This document shows, one piece after another, positions 1-13,918 of a stretch of DNA of 64,000 nucleotides. The stretch comes from Phoronis australis. Taxonomy: Eukaryota > Animalia > Phoronida. Location: positions 705,766 to 769,765 of the forward strand of contig NMRA01000034.1 of NCBI GenBank assembly GCA_002633005.1, given 5' to 3'. Position 1 is the stretch's first letter, and the number at the start of each line of letters is the position of its first letter. Below the pieces are notes generated by a model. It had not been told where the DNA came from and ran no database searches. It saw only the letters and a program-made list of their open reading frames with translations. A program made the translations under genes and the position numbers.

Positions 1-3000
1 TTATTCTTTCAGATCATTAACAAATCACTTGTCCCTGCCTCACCAGGAGATAGGCTATATGCTTGATGTTAATACTTTTGATCAAAACATTAAACCAGAT
101 GTGACTTATTGCACTTGACAGCAAAATGCGATGAGAGACTGTCGAATATATCTTCAACTCCTCAACGATACAAGAAGATAATATGTTTCGTGTAGAAAGC
201 ATTTTTTTTCAACAATTTACAAGAAGAAACGTAACCTTCATTCAGCATAATACCTAATCTGTAACACTACCGTGACGATCGGCGCAGTTTGGTCATATTT
301 ACTTTTCATGTTTCGGACATAGTTTTCCGAAAAAAACTTATACCCTTTCGTCAGACAACTCTTTGGTGCATTGACTTGTTCTCTAATGTATTTTCTACGT
401 CTCTGTGGTTAATTATCGACACATTTTTAAGATTTAATATCCAGGTTGGACTCGAAAGATCGGCCATTTAACTCACGCAATGTAAATTTCCGCTTTGTTT
501 AGGAGGCACTGAACAGTTCTCACAGGGATTTGCCTATCATAACACACATCAATGGACTCTTCACCCTTTCTTCACTCTGTCAACAACTGCATGCAAATAA
601 AGAAAAGCTTTGAGTCACTACATCACAAGCCCTACAGATGAGCACAAAAACTTTGTTCTCTCTTGTATTTTTGACCCTTTCACTCCCAGTGGAAACCAAG
701 CTGAACTAAGAAAAATAAGGTCAAAAAATGCAAAATCGGCACTTTTCACCCCAAAATCACCACTTCCCTGCCCATGCTCGACTAAAGCCAACATTAGATT
801 CCGAAATCAAATTTCCTACCCATTCCAAAAATGTGGTCCAAAAGTACTGTCAACCAACTAGTTTTTTTTTTTTGAAAATCTGGCTTGTTTGAGGGCTACC
901 TGAAATCGCGGCCAATTTCTCAGTTGCTACACAGCAATGCACAATTGCAAAAGGGGGCCANCGAGAAAGTGGCTTTTTTGCATTCTCAGCATGTTCACAA
1001 ATACAAAAAAAAAACACATGCACTTAGCTTACATACAATACCTAACTAAAAATGCCCCCAAGCCTGGCCTACCCCTAGATTTTGATATTTTGGAAGTGCA
1101 AACTGGCCGCGGCCGCAGTCTAACTGTTCAGTGCCACCTTATCGCAGTGAGCCTCGCTTTGGATTTTAATGTCTGCCGCGTGAGTTAGGTCTATATGCAT
1201 GTGGTCGTGGACGTCAATATGACCTCAGATGCAACAATGACCTCGTTTTCCCGGCGCAAGCCAGCGAAAATAATGCAGGATTGAAATTCATCCATTAGTG
1301 TAACAATGAATCCCAGTGGTAGCTCATAGGCCTACATGTATTTTATACATCGCCGTTAGCCTACTCAACACTTTCACTCTAACAAGAAAGACTACCAGAG
1401 CACACGCGTTGGGTTGCTCTGGAGAAAGCGGTTTAGTTGATGACCAGTGACATGTCTAGGACTAGTCGATCCTTTTGTTGTTTTGGAACGCATGGCTATT
1501 AGTGCAACCCAGCAACCCAGACATTGCAGTTTCTACTATTACATATAGCCAGGGCAGTGGTCATTTAACAGAGGACACAATGCCGATAGTCAGAAGGGAG
1601 TCAATCACTTTCAGGCAATCTGGTGATGGCAAGTCTATGTCCCAGAAATGTAGCCTATCCACCACTGAGTCTACACCGCTCATCCTGCTAACCACAAATG
1701 GCACTAAACTAAGAAATGACAGCTTCCACCTGCCTGTTGTCTTAAGAAAACTTAGAGCTCAACTGTTGTGAGAGGCTGTCTAGGAAGGGTATTCGCATTG
1801 TTCTTCTGCGGTACTTACTGGAAGAAGCAAGTGTTGACGACAAATTTAACTACGCACTACGAGAATTAGATTTTGGTCATGAAGCAGATAACCGAAGAGC
1901 CAAGTGGAAATACAGACTAGGATCAGTTTCTGTGCTCTCGTAGACCCTGCGCTTTACTGGGTAAATTTGGCATGTCCGAAAATAATTTCTATTTCGTTTC
2001 CATTGTAAACAAGCATCAAAGAAAAATGTGTCAGAAAAGCGACATTATGTACAAACTGTGTAGCATTATAATTTACTACCTTGTTGTTTCTACAGGAACG
2101 TCAGCCCTATGCTTCCGTTGTCTGGACTGCCGAGGAATCTGTAGGTTTGCGTGTCTTGGAACCATACAACCCAGACATCTTCGATATTTGTTACCAATGC
2201 TTGCACTCGTTTGGCGGCAGCTTGGCACAAAGCTCCTTGAGGTTGTCAAGTCCATTCAAATGAGTTACAAGCGCAACTATATTTGACTCGTTCATCATGG
2301 ACTGCTTCAAACCTTGCGCTTTTGTCAAAGATGATGTATCGATCCCTTTCCCCAGAAGACCGTCAGTACTGAGGTCGGAACCAGAGCTCCTTAGCCTACC
2401 CGTAATTTCTGGTACTGTACACTGTTCGCGGGAGGCGGTCCCCTTGTCAATGTGAGTGTCACCCCCGGGTTCATTCCTTGTATAGGCCTAACTTGCTAGG
2501 GTGTGTCATGAGACGGACTCGTGACCAGACCGGCCACAGCGCCAGCCACGACAGCAATTCTTCGGAAAACCACTTGATCGGTTTTTGAAATAAACAAATT
2601 ACATATACACTGTATAATTATTGCGCAAGACAACTTTATTGTATATTCTAGTTTCAAACGCGCGGCATGATAGCCGGTAAAACGTTGCACGTCGATTCGC
2701 CTGAATATCAGGGTTGAGCCGGTACCACAGTGTTTCCCTGATCAAATCAAAACATATCTTCAGTTGGAGTAAAGACGCTACCTTAAAAAATCAGCTATAG
2801 ATCTGCCTTTTCCGCAGTGGATGCGTTTAAAGTGCCTGGCTGCTTCAGAAGTATCGACGGAAGCGGAACTCCGCGCGATTTGCCGATGAGCCACGACAAC
2901 TCGAAATGCGTTGCTTTTCGTGATTACAAAAAAATCAAAATGCATAGAAATTATATTTTGAGGGTGAACCCCCTCAATTGTTTCGAGGTTGTTTACTTGG

Positions 3001-5682
3001 AGTTTACACACGCTGGCGATGCCGTTTTTATTTTGTTGGCGGCGTTTTTTTATTTTTATTTAATTTTCATGTTTGGTCCTGTCCCAAGGGGGGGGGTAAA
3101 CCCCCTGAACCCCCCGTAGATCTGCTGCGTAATAACCAGGGACGCATGTACTCGGGCTACGACATCCCAAACACATTACCGGTTCAGTCGTACCACGAAT
3201 CGTTATAAAAGACTTGCTTTGTGAGCACGATATTGTACGAAAGTACACTGTAAAACAAACGCATTTGATCTTGAAAAATACGTCGCATTGTTTGAGAAAA
3301 AAGCACATTCATGAGCGGAAATAACAAAATGCTAATCTTGGCCAATCTTGCCGGTGTGAAAAAAATTTCGAAACACGGCCCGTTTCACAGCACCTTGTAC
3401 TTCATCAATAGATTTGTACGCTGTCGTGAAGAGGTCTTCTCACCAGACAACCTGACGGATATAAGGACCTATTGTGTGGAGCAAACTAATTATTCCATTA
3501 GCGATGGCTTCGTGCCAATAAAACTCGGGCTGAAATAAAGTCATGGACGAAAAATAGCTATTTTTCGAACTGTTTGGCTTCTGAAATTGAAATCATCGTG
3601 AAAAGTTAGGCAAGGATCATTTTCCCGAAGAAATGCGACAAAACATACCCAAAACAGATGCACAAGTTTACGTTCTCAGGTTCTCGTTGCTGAATGGTTT
3701 TACTAACTCTTTGAACCATGGAAGACTATATTGGCCTGCGAGTCGTGATGCCGAACAAAAGAGCACGGAAACTCTAGGTAGAAACCGCTGCTGTTTGGAA
3801 ATGAAACCAAACCGGAGTTTCCTCTAATGTAGCCACACTGGGTTACGTCAGTGGAATGTACAACACGGTAACACGTTGGACCCGTCTCATGATTTGAGAC
3901 GCACGATATTAAGGCAGACCAGGCGCCTGAGTGACGAGATCCTGAAATAATTAAAAAGAAACGTGCGATGTCATCTTTGGGCCACCGTAGACGAGCGTGA
4001 AATTTTTTTTCAAGCCTCCGATTTGCCTTCTTATTGATCAGACGACGTGTCCGCTGTATCATTCCCAAACGATGTTTGTTCAACATGACATCAGAATTCA
4101 ATAGAATCACATGAGTTTGATTTTTAAATTCCCTTCCTTTGGTGGACCAGCAAAATTGCCGCAGTAGTTTAATGATACTGTGTACCTTTTTACGAAATTA
4201 AAACCATCAGAATTAAAGTACATATTTTATAAAATTCGTGAATGGCTCAAACGTACTTGGAAAGTTTCAAAATTGAAAGATGAATTATTCGAGAGTTATT
4301 AAACTCTAGAAAAGGTCGGAAGGAATAATAAGAAGAAGACGATAAAAAACCCAGAACAAGACTCTGCGCTGGTACGCGCATATTAGTAACAACAAGAAGA
4401 AAAAGATAAAAAACCGAGAATAACAAGACTCTACGAACGGTTTGTACGGGTAAAAACTCAAACACATACGGGGTTATGAATTCCGAAACGATCTTACTTC
4501 TGATATCTTTTGATAATCTAAGCTGGTGAAAAACTGCGTCTTTGGTGTTTAATCTCCGAGAGTTTAACGTATAAGATTTTTCATCGGCTCAAAATTCACG
4601 CTGAAGTCAGTGTTATTTAAATTCCCTCTCTCTTCCGCCTGTGAGAAATGAGCGCTCACAATCTAAACATTGCCTTTTCCTCCAAAGGTTACAACTTTCT
4701 GTTGAGAGGTGCTGCGTACATTCTAAAATGTTCATAATGACTGTTGGGGAATTCCGAGTGTCTCTTTGAATTCAAGGTTGTCCACTAATCTTAAAATCTT
4801 TTCAGGGCACTGATCGAGGATCTTGTTTCAGGTACGTAATCTTTAGTTATGAACAAGACCGTCCTACAGGGTCATTATCGTTTTTACGGCAGAAAATACA
4901 TTTTTGAGATTATTGTTAAATAGAGTAAACTTTTTGAAGTTATTAGCTTTGAATAAAGCTATAAGACAACGAAACTCGTGCGATTTTATTTTAGATCGGC
5001 AATTCTCATCGTTGTCTGTCAGACATTCTCTGAAATCAAGGCAGGTGTTTTTACCAATTTTAAATAGGCTTAAAAATACGCTGGCATATATTATGCGGAA
5101 TTTAGCCCATTCAGCGGAGTGTTTGACTGCAAACTATTTCAGGTTCGATTCCGCGCTGAGATCAGTCTCAGTTCGGATCGAACCTGGAATCCACACCGTC
5201 GAAGTCTAACGTCTGCTGGGAGTTTAATTCCACCCGATAAATGACAGAGTACCTAATAGACAGCGAATATATTTGCAATCATTGAAAGACAATTAACTTT
5301 GTTGTTTTATAGTCAAAAGCTAACAACTTCAATCAGTCTATTTTGTCCAATACCAATCCCACAAATGCGTTTTCGGTAATAAAACCGATAACCTTCTTTC
5401 TTATTTTCCTTTGGTATGACTCAGCTCACTATTGTCAAATCTCTTCAATCACCTCGTCAAAAATAGAAAATCAAATTCAGCAATGTTCTATTCTTTAACC
5501 TGTCAACTCGTGTGAAACTGAAAGACAGTGTGTGTTATTTGTCACAAATGTACCGAAAGCGTAAGAACATGATGAAACATTTTTGTACGACATAATATGC
5601 TTAATACTAAAAAACACATGTGAATTAGAAACGTATGGTAACTCAGCCAAAATAATTTAAATGCCCTTTACCTGTCAGTTGC

Positions 5683-5835
5683 CAGTGGCGGATTTAGAGG
5701 GGGGCCAAGGGGCCATGGCCCCCCTAAAATTCTCCCATATTAAATTTGGTAATTCAGGGTGTAAGCGTCTGACGGGCAAATTCCTGGCTAATACTCTGCC
5801 CCGCCCCCCAACTCAAAATCCTAGATCCGCCCCTG
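5683..5835. mobile_element. Short GC-rich MITE with CAG(T/G)GGCGGAT termini
   Basis: TIRs CAGTGGCGGATTTAG / CTAGATCCGCCCCTG; related copy at 8923-9043; no clear TSD. Confidence 0.7.
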
Positions 5836-6590
5836 GTCAAGGTTTTGCAGCACTAGCTGCGGCACAGAACAGACATTGCGTAGCACGTTTTGTTTGAGTA
5901 GACTTGAGTATGTGCGGCCGAAATTAATAAAGTGATTAACTCGAACCAGTTTCAGTCTATCGTCGCACCGAAAGCTATTTAACACCAGTCAGCGATAACC
6001 TGTGTCCGCCCATAAACGGAGTAAACCGCGTGTTCATTATAAAGTTTGCAAACAGGTGTGTGCCGACTAAGTACGTTTTATGAATAAAACGGATAAAAAG
6101 ACGAATATAGACGGCTCACCAATATTAAAACCGCAATTTCTTGTTTTTTTTTCTTTTCATCCTTTTATTCATAGCATGACTACAGTGCAATGAACGTAAG
6201 TCTTTCATAAACCAACCAGTTTCCTATCTTAAGAGCGCAGTGCACTTCAGACCAGACAAAATGGGTGGTACGCCCTATGTCACGGATTTGGGTCATACTA
6301 TGCGTTGCAGTTTAATTCCTTATGTTACATTACTAAAATGTAGTTAAACAATTCCTACTCTGATAAACAGTTTAAAAGTCGGGAACATCAGTTTTCGCTC
6401 AAAATCAGTGTCAAATTTTAACATGAAATCTTATTTTTGTGGTATTGTAAAAATTATAGAAGCTGTTGGACAGTGAAATAGTTTGTGTAATGGATTAACC
6501 CATCCATGGTCTCAGTAATAGTAATAAATAGAAATTGGAAATTTGCCTTAAATTTCTGAGGATAACGGGGTCAAAGAAGCAAAAACAGAA

Positions 6591-7033
6591 AACTGATAAC
6601 AATTCTTTACCCATCATTGTGAACAACAATTTCTAGGAATAGCATTTCAAGCATTTTATCATGACTATCCTTGGAAAGAACTCAAACTGAAACGCGACTA
6701 TTGTAATGTCATTTGAATTGAATGCAGTCAACCTTGTGTAGTACAAGAGAACGTCTGTGTACATATGCATTTATCGGATAACGATTCTTTACCCTGCATC
6801 AGTTGAGAAAAATACCTCCGAGACAGTTTTCCATGCATTTTTTCATGACGATTCTTGGAAAGAGTGTAATCTGAAACGCGACTGTTGTGATGTCGGTTGA
6901 ATTAAATGTAACCAACCTTGCATGTATTTATCTGATAACGATTCTTTACCCTGCATTGAGAACAACAACTCTGAGACACAGTTTTCCATGCATTTTTCAT
7001 GACGATTCCTGGAAACAACGCAAACTGACACGC
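6591..7033. repeat. Degenerate tandem repeat, unit ~155-185 bp, ~2.5 copies
   Basis: Recurring gataac(a/g)attctttaccc, catgac(t/g)at..tggaaa and aactga(a/c)acgc. Confidence 0.75.
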
Positions 7034-7440
7034 TTCGACACTCAGTAACAGTAGCAAAGATTATGCATTTGAAAACTGCACTCGTCAGATATTGTCACTC
7101 AGCAGGAGATGTTTGTATGCATTATAAATGACTTTTATTCGACGTTATTATGGAAATAAGAAAGTACGTGATCTAGTTTTTGAAATCAGACACATTCTCC
7201 TGTCTCTCATTAATGTCGGGAAGGCAAAGAATTCTAGATCACGCATCCACGGGTATTTGTACAGTTTATAAAACTTTTTCACGCCGGTGTTGCAGCCCTC
7301 AACACAATACTTCGTTAGCATAGGAAGAAGGAATAGAGTAATGCAACCGAGAAAAACTTGTTAAAAATCAGACAACAACAAATAACATGTGAAACTCCAG
7401 TGGCTCGAAAACGAGGCAGCAAATGTGCCTGACGAATGTT

Positions 7441-8930
7441 TATAGCATTGTAGGTAAATACAGCTAGAATCGAGTGTTGCTGTGTAATCCGGGACGGCCC
7501 TATTGCCATGAACCGCAAGTACATGTATATAGTACTAACTGTATGTTTTTAATTCTACTAGTTATGCATGCTTCGACCGTACAGTTAATAGCGGAACGCG
7601 ATCGAGAAACAATCCTTATACGTGCACTCATGTAAATAACCCCGGCATAAATCCTGAAGGTTACTGGAGTGATAGGCCTGACTTCTTCAGTTCTGACAGT
7701 GGCGTTATTTTGAACTCGGGAGACGATTTGTGTGCGTTAAAATATTGCTCTTCGTTTTCCGTAGGATTAACAGAAGATTGTAGGTGATACTCAAACATTA
7801 AACTAAGGCCGTAAGTTATTTTTAGAAATGCCATTGCTTGAGAGAACGCTTGTTAGCTGTCCCGCCGGTTTTCGGATGTAGCGCAGCTTAGAAAACTCTA
7901 AAAAAAGTTACTAAGCTACTTTGAAATTTGAACACACATCTTAGCCGAGTATCGCTTACTTCTGTCCCAGCCAGTCACAAATGTCGTCTTGTCTTTTACG
8001 CTGGCATTTTCCTCCGCGATAATTCTACGTTTCAAACACTCACTGACGCCTTGCTATGCGAGGCTACCTAATTTTACAAGCACCTCCTCGTGATGGTCAC
8101 GTGACACAACTCATTTCTCTGACTCCGGCAAGTGTTGCAAAAAAGCCCATAATTGGTCCAGTTTCATGAAGATTACGTAAGCAGTGGCGGNTATAGCATT
8201 GTAGGTAAATACAGCTAGAATCGAGTGTTGCTGTGTAATCCGGGACGGCCCTATTGCCATGAACCGCAAGTACATGTATATAGTACTAACTGTATGTTTT
8301 TAATTCTACTAGTTATGCATGCTTCGACCGTACAGTTAATAGCGGAAAGCGATCGAGAAACAATCCTTATACGTGCACTCATGTAAATAACCCCGGCATA
8401 AATCCTGAAGGTTACTGGAGTGATAGGCCTACACTGACTTCTTCAGTTCTGACAGTGGCGTTATTTTGAACTCGGGAGACGATTTGTGTGCTTTAAAATA
8501 TTGCCCTTCGTTATCCGTAGGATTCACAAAGGATTGTAGGTGATACTCAAACATTTAACTAAGGCCGTAAGTTATTTTAGAAATGCCATTGCTTGAGAGA
8601 AAGCTTGTTAGCTGTACCGCCGGTTTTCGGATGTAGCGCAGTTTAGAAAACTCTTAAAAAAAGTTACTAAGCTACTTTGAAATTTGAACACACATCTTAG
8701 CCGAGTATCGCTTACTTCTGTCCCAGCCAGTTCTAAATGTCGTCATGTCTTTTACGCTGGCATTTTCCTCCGCGAAACACTCACTGACGCCTTGCTATGC
8801 GAGGCTACCTAATTTTATAAGCACCTCCTCGTGATGGTCACGTGACACAACTCATTTCTCTGACTCCGGCAAGTGTTGCAAAAAAGCCCATAATTGGTCC
8901 AGTTTCATGAAGATTACGTAAGCAGTGGCG
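7441..8930. repeat. ~750-bp near-identical tandem duplication joined at N8191 (probable allelic/assembly duplication)
   Basis: 7441-8190 repeats at 8192-8930 with scattered SNPs and small indels; copy 1 breaks off at the start of a G-rich MITE. Confidence 0.85.
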
Positions 8931-9043
8931 GTTTTTTGGGGGGGNATGGCCCCCCTAATTTTCACGGCAGATTCCATTTGGCAGCTCGGGGGTGCGAATG
9001 TCTGCCGTGCCCGCCCTAACTCAAAATCCTGGATCCGCCCCTG
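8923..9043. mobile_element. Second copy of the CAGTGGCGG MITE (contains an N)
   Basis: Shares atggcccccctaa and aactcaaaatcctggatccgcccctg with 5683-5835. Confidence 0.7.
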
Positions 9044-9269
9044 GTTTCGTGAGGAAACGACACGACTTGGTCACAAACTAACGCTAGGTGGCGCGCCGGC
9101 CTTGGACGTGAATGAGTTTACCACACTCCTTATAGTTATACTATACACTCCTTAGTTATACTAGTGAGCTATTTTAAGTTGAATTGATGGCTTTCCAAGG
9201 ATGTTTCCTTACGAAGCTGCCATGATAATTTAAATTATTTTGGATGTCCTAACAGAACTTTCAAAGACA

Positions 9270-9770
9270 TGTGGACTCCAGACAACCCAGAAGAGAATCC
9301 TTCGGAATATATCAAATTCCAGTTATAATGCTCACACTCTGTCCATATGTAAGGACCTTCACCTCTCTCTACTTCAAGATATCTTTAAAATCTCAACTGC
9401 AAAGTTTTACTACAAAATCCTCAATAATCAGCTTCCTAAGTATATTTACACTAACAACTTCATTAGTAGACCCATACAATATAAACCAAACAGACACATT
9501 AAAACTCCTACATACCTGAATCAATACCCAGCTGCTATTCCGACAATGCAACCCAAAATTTCAATTCCCTCATCCAACAAATTGTCATCAAGAGCCTGTA
9601 TCAGATCTGAAATTCCTCGCCTTAAAAACAACAACAAAATACCAGTCTCTGCTTTAAATATAAACACACCCTTTGCAAGCATTCTCCAGGCCCTTAACCA
9701 ATTTTACAATTAGCAACTATGATCCTATATGTCGTATTTCCAACTGCTTCATACGTAACAGTATTAATTC
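9270..9770 (+). mobile_element. 3' fragment of an L2/CR1-group non-LTR retrotransposon ORF2
   Basis: QKRILRNISNSSYNAHT...KFYYKILNNQLPKY and terminal CRISNCFI match the post-RT C-terminal pattern; frameshifted. Confidence 0.7.
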
Positions 9771-11540
9771 CCAAAATCTCCTGAGCTGTGCCAATCCACT
9801 TCTTGGTTCCTGGTGTGTCGGTCGTTTCAGCGCTAATTCACTTTGGCTTTTCTGAAGTATACCTCATAATTTTGCATTTTCCTCTTTTGGCTTATTCACT
9901 TATTCTTACCGATTTTTATTTATTTTTTATTTATTTATTTTTGTACAGGGGACCTTCTCATCGAAAACCTCTCTCATGTATATCAGTATTCAGTGTTGTC
10001 AGTTGACGATTTTCATACTCATGCTCGCTGAAACTCTTTGTGGATTTGTCGTCGATCATTCACAGGGCAACAATAGAGAAGATCTTGGCGATACCAGCGA
10101 GAATATCGCGACGTCGCCCCTAAGCTGATCATAAACCTAACAGCGTTCGTTTAATGAATATCTTCACTAGGGGCTGCTGCCTGGTTATACTAACTCGGCC
10201 AATACGTATACATGAAACCCACTGCAAACTGACGATGCATAACACATTTCTAACAAAATCCTTTCGGTTTACTCTTACAGTAACCCCTGTAACATTTAAA
10301 GTGCAATTACATTAATAGATTTCAAGGATTTTATTGTTTTATAAGACGCAATTCGCAGAAGCGTTCCTTGAATTGAAATCTCCTCTAGTTTTTTTCCTGA
10401 TAACGTCGGTTGCGTTAACCTTTGTGTGACTTCAGTTCAGTCTTAATACCTGGAAGACTTTACGTTTAGTAGAACATTGAAATGTTAAATAGTTGTGTCA
10501 TGAAATGAACTCGAAAGCAAGTCTTTGTTGCCATTTCATGACAGTGACTTGAGACTTTTAAAAGACAGAAATTTAGTCTTAGGCTCCCTCTTCACAATTG
10601 CTCAGAAAAACGTTTGGTCAAGTAATTATGAGCACGTCACAGTCTAGAAATACTTTACAGAAATTATCTCAGTAACTAACAGCTGTGCGAATATTGTATT
10701 GTCAGAGACTGCGCTTTTGCTCAAATGAGGTTTATTTTTCAGAAATAGTTGTGTGGAGTGTAACACCAAATATCTGTCTTAAGTCTTAAGTCAGTTTTCA
10801 TGAAACAGACCAGCGGTGTGCTTCCACGCCTAAGCTTTTGATTATGCTTCTTTATTTTTCGAACATATTCAACGTATAATAATTAACACAAGAAAAGGGA
10901 TAAACAACAAACGATAAAACCACATAAATGTGCTCTTGATACAATATATCAGACTGTAGATAGGGTGTTAAGTATTCAAGACACCACATTTATTCACGTG
11001 TTCATGTTCCAGATATAGCCAAATGTGATTTAGATAGTAATATTCTTGACCATATTGGGAAAGACTTAGCATAGAAAACTGATGAGAGAAAAAACGAAAA
11101 CGAGCTTCGGCTGTTTCACACAGCGTTTTTATTGAAAAAAAAACACTTCTTTTCAGGTTTATGCCTTCTTTTTGGAAAAAGATATTATTATTAGACATTT
11201 TATGGGTGGTTATAGTTTCTTCAAGAACACTTTTTCATTATCGAAAAAAAAAAATAAATCAGCATTATCAATGATAAACAACGTGGAAAATAAATCTGAA
11301 ACTAAATAAGGCGATCCAGATCCTCCCAAGGATACTATTGTTTCATGAAATGTAGAATATAAATCGGTAAATAAAACAACAAGAATGGATCAACTGAAAT
11401 TTGAAATTTTCGGATATAATAACTTCCTTTGTCAACAAAAACAGAAATAAAGTAAAATCAAATACTATATGACAATTGACATATAAGATATGGTGTAATG
11501 AATATGATACATTTTTGCGTAAAAAATTCAATGATATATT

Positions 11541-12061
11541 TTAAGAAGTTTTTATGTTCAATCCATGAGGTTCTATTGTATTGAGCTTGTCTATCCAACA
11601 TGTTCTCTTTTGAGTCTGTGAGGGGTACTGGGGTGTTGGAGTTTTTCTATTATTTGTACAGAAAGATCTTGAATATTATGGTTTTTGGAATTGAAATGAT
11701 TACCTATGGTACCAGAAATGTTTTTATGTATTATGTTAAATCTATGATTACGAAACCGAGTTAGTAGATTATGTTGAGTTTGTCCTACGTATTGGATAGA
11801 ACATTTTTTACAAGTTATAAGGCAAATAATATTGTTGGTGGTGCAATCAGAATGATGTTTTATTTCAAAGTTTTCATTGGTTTGGGAAGACTGGAAAAAA
11901 GTGCTATCGTTGATAAAGTTACACATTTTACACCTAGTTTTGTTACATTGTGTGTTGCCAATAGGTTTGTCAGTTTGGTGTATATTGTCGATATTAGCTT
12001 TAACTAAATATTTTTTTAGATTTTTACATTTTCTCCAAGAAATTAACAAACTTGTTGACAA
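11541..12061 (-). mobile_element. Penelope-like element remnant, GIY-YIG endonuclease domain (frameshifted)
   Basis: CNKTRCKMC...NIICLITCKKCSIQYVGQT...RFRNHR...HF...RLKRE, then in a shifted frame WIDKLNTIEPHGLN. Confidence 0.88.
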
Positions 12062-13878
12062 AGGAAGTTATTACATCCAAATTTCAGTTGATCCATTCTT
12101 GTTGTTTTATTTACCGATTTATATTCTACAATGATAAACAGAAATCTAAAATTTGTCGAACGTCAGCAACGACGCTACGCCGCTGAAGCAAGACACCAGA
12201 AAGATAAGCGCGAGGTTGTCATTGGCTTTTGGTAGAACACCGCGTCATAAATCATTATGATTGCGGACACTACTGACATTTCACTTCCATCGATTCGTGA
12301 AGACGCTAGTTGTGCATAACGATGGGCGTTTTGGCGAAGTTCTATTTACGCGGCATTAAACCTGTCCGTGCTTTCTGTCATAAAATCAAGTTTTGATTTG
12401 GCTACTTACCATTATAAAATATTGGTCTTATTTAATTCCTCACTCAGTTTCGAAGTTTGTGTTGGCGCAAAGCTGTAAAATATACGATAGGCTTCATATA
12501 GCTAGCTGGCTGGCTATTTAGCAGTGTTCTCTGAGATCGCGACATTGTGATTTTTTCAAACCAAACTCAGCAAAATTTCTGGTCATGGATTTTTGAAAGA
12601 GAACACGAGTTCAGTGCCGCTTTCGACATATCTTCCTTTAAAGAGGTGACGTGATTCTTGGACTCATCAAACGATAACTTAGCAACGTTTCATCATCGCC
12701 AATCTCATTACGCTGTAACGTTGGTCTCCGAATGAGTGGACCATAGACATCAATACTATATGTGATGTCTATGGAGTGAGCACTGTATGTTTTGTCTAGG
12801 CCTTCTTCCGTTCATCACCGACGTGCCCTCTCGACATATCTCCCTTAAAGAGATGGCGTTATTCTTGGACGCTCCTGAGGACATCTTAGCGACATTCTAT
12901 CATCGCCAATCTCATTCCTCTGTAACGCTGGTTTCCGAATGGGTGGACACAGCGACGTGCCCTTTCTGTGTGGGGGGGCAGTTGCAGCCTCGACCCTGGA
13001 TGTATTAAAAAAACAACAACAGTAAACCGTTAGCTATGGCAAACATTTGTTCTTTTGCCCGGCATCTCCCTAGTTACTGTTAGATCTAATATTTTCGTTT
13101 AGTGAGCTCTGTAGTTTCCATTTCTGTAACAACCGAGCTTGCTGCTCACTAGAAAAGACCTAGCTAGATATTTATTATAACACGACAGACTGCGCAACCG
13201 TCGTGCTAAAAAATTCATGAAGTCGACGAATAACAGAAAAAAATGAGCACGTAACAACAAACGCTTATTTTCGTGCAAATGATACTTTTAAACAATTCAC
13301 TTTTTTCCAGTAGAATTTACTTTTGGAACCGTGACCAATGTTATACATTCCTACCACGTTCAGACAGTGTTAACTAGACTATGAAAAATATTGATTTAGA
13401 CTACGCAGGCAAGTGAGTAAAATTTGGAACAAAATTACTGATAATAAGCATTTATGTTCATTCCATGTTTAGTATCTTCACTGAGCTATCAAACAACAAC
13501 GAAAAATTTGACTGGGTTACGCCAAAACGGAGAAAGAACTTGAGACGATCACTTTTTTCGCGACACAAGACGGAGACTAGACCATTATGGAGTAGGTCTA
13601 CTTCTTTCGAAGACAATGATTTTGGAAGGTCGACTATGAGTAGTTTTGTCAGAAGTGATTCTTGCCAGCCACTGGCTGGACCAATCCTTGTCGGACGTGG
13701 CAAGCGGTCGGTTAATACCCATAAGTTCTTCCGACTCAAATTCCAGCTAATTTACTTATTATGTCAATAGTTAACCAGGCAAACACACACACATATATAT
13801 ACCTATAACTTAAGTTTGAGGTTGGCTTACCTATTTCTCACCAATCGACACAGACTGGCGTTTGCCTCCTTTTACTAC

Positions 13879-13918
13879 CTGTTGCCCCCGGTCACCCTAG
13901 GGTGACCGGGGGCGACAG
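13879..13918. repeat. GC-rich palindrome (perfect 30 bp, 13884-13913)
   Basis: gcccccggtcaccctagggtgaccgggggc is its own reverse complement. Confidence 0.95.

Noticed and set aside
11080-11105. CTGATGA-gagaaaaaac-GAAA near the Penelope remnant
   Set aside because: Stem II would be a single base pair and there is no NUH site or stem I.
12614-12949. Duplicated coding exons on the minus strand
   Set aside because: The copies differ by a frameshift with stops and have no clear splice sites.
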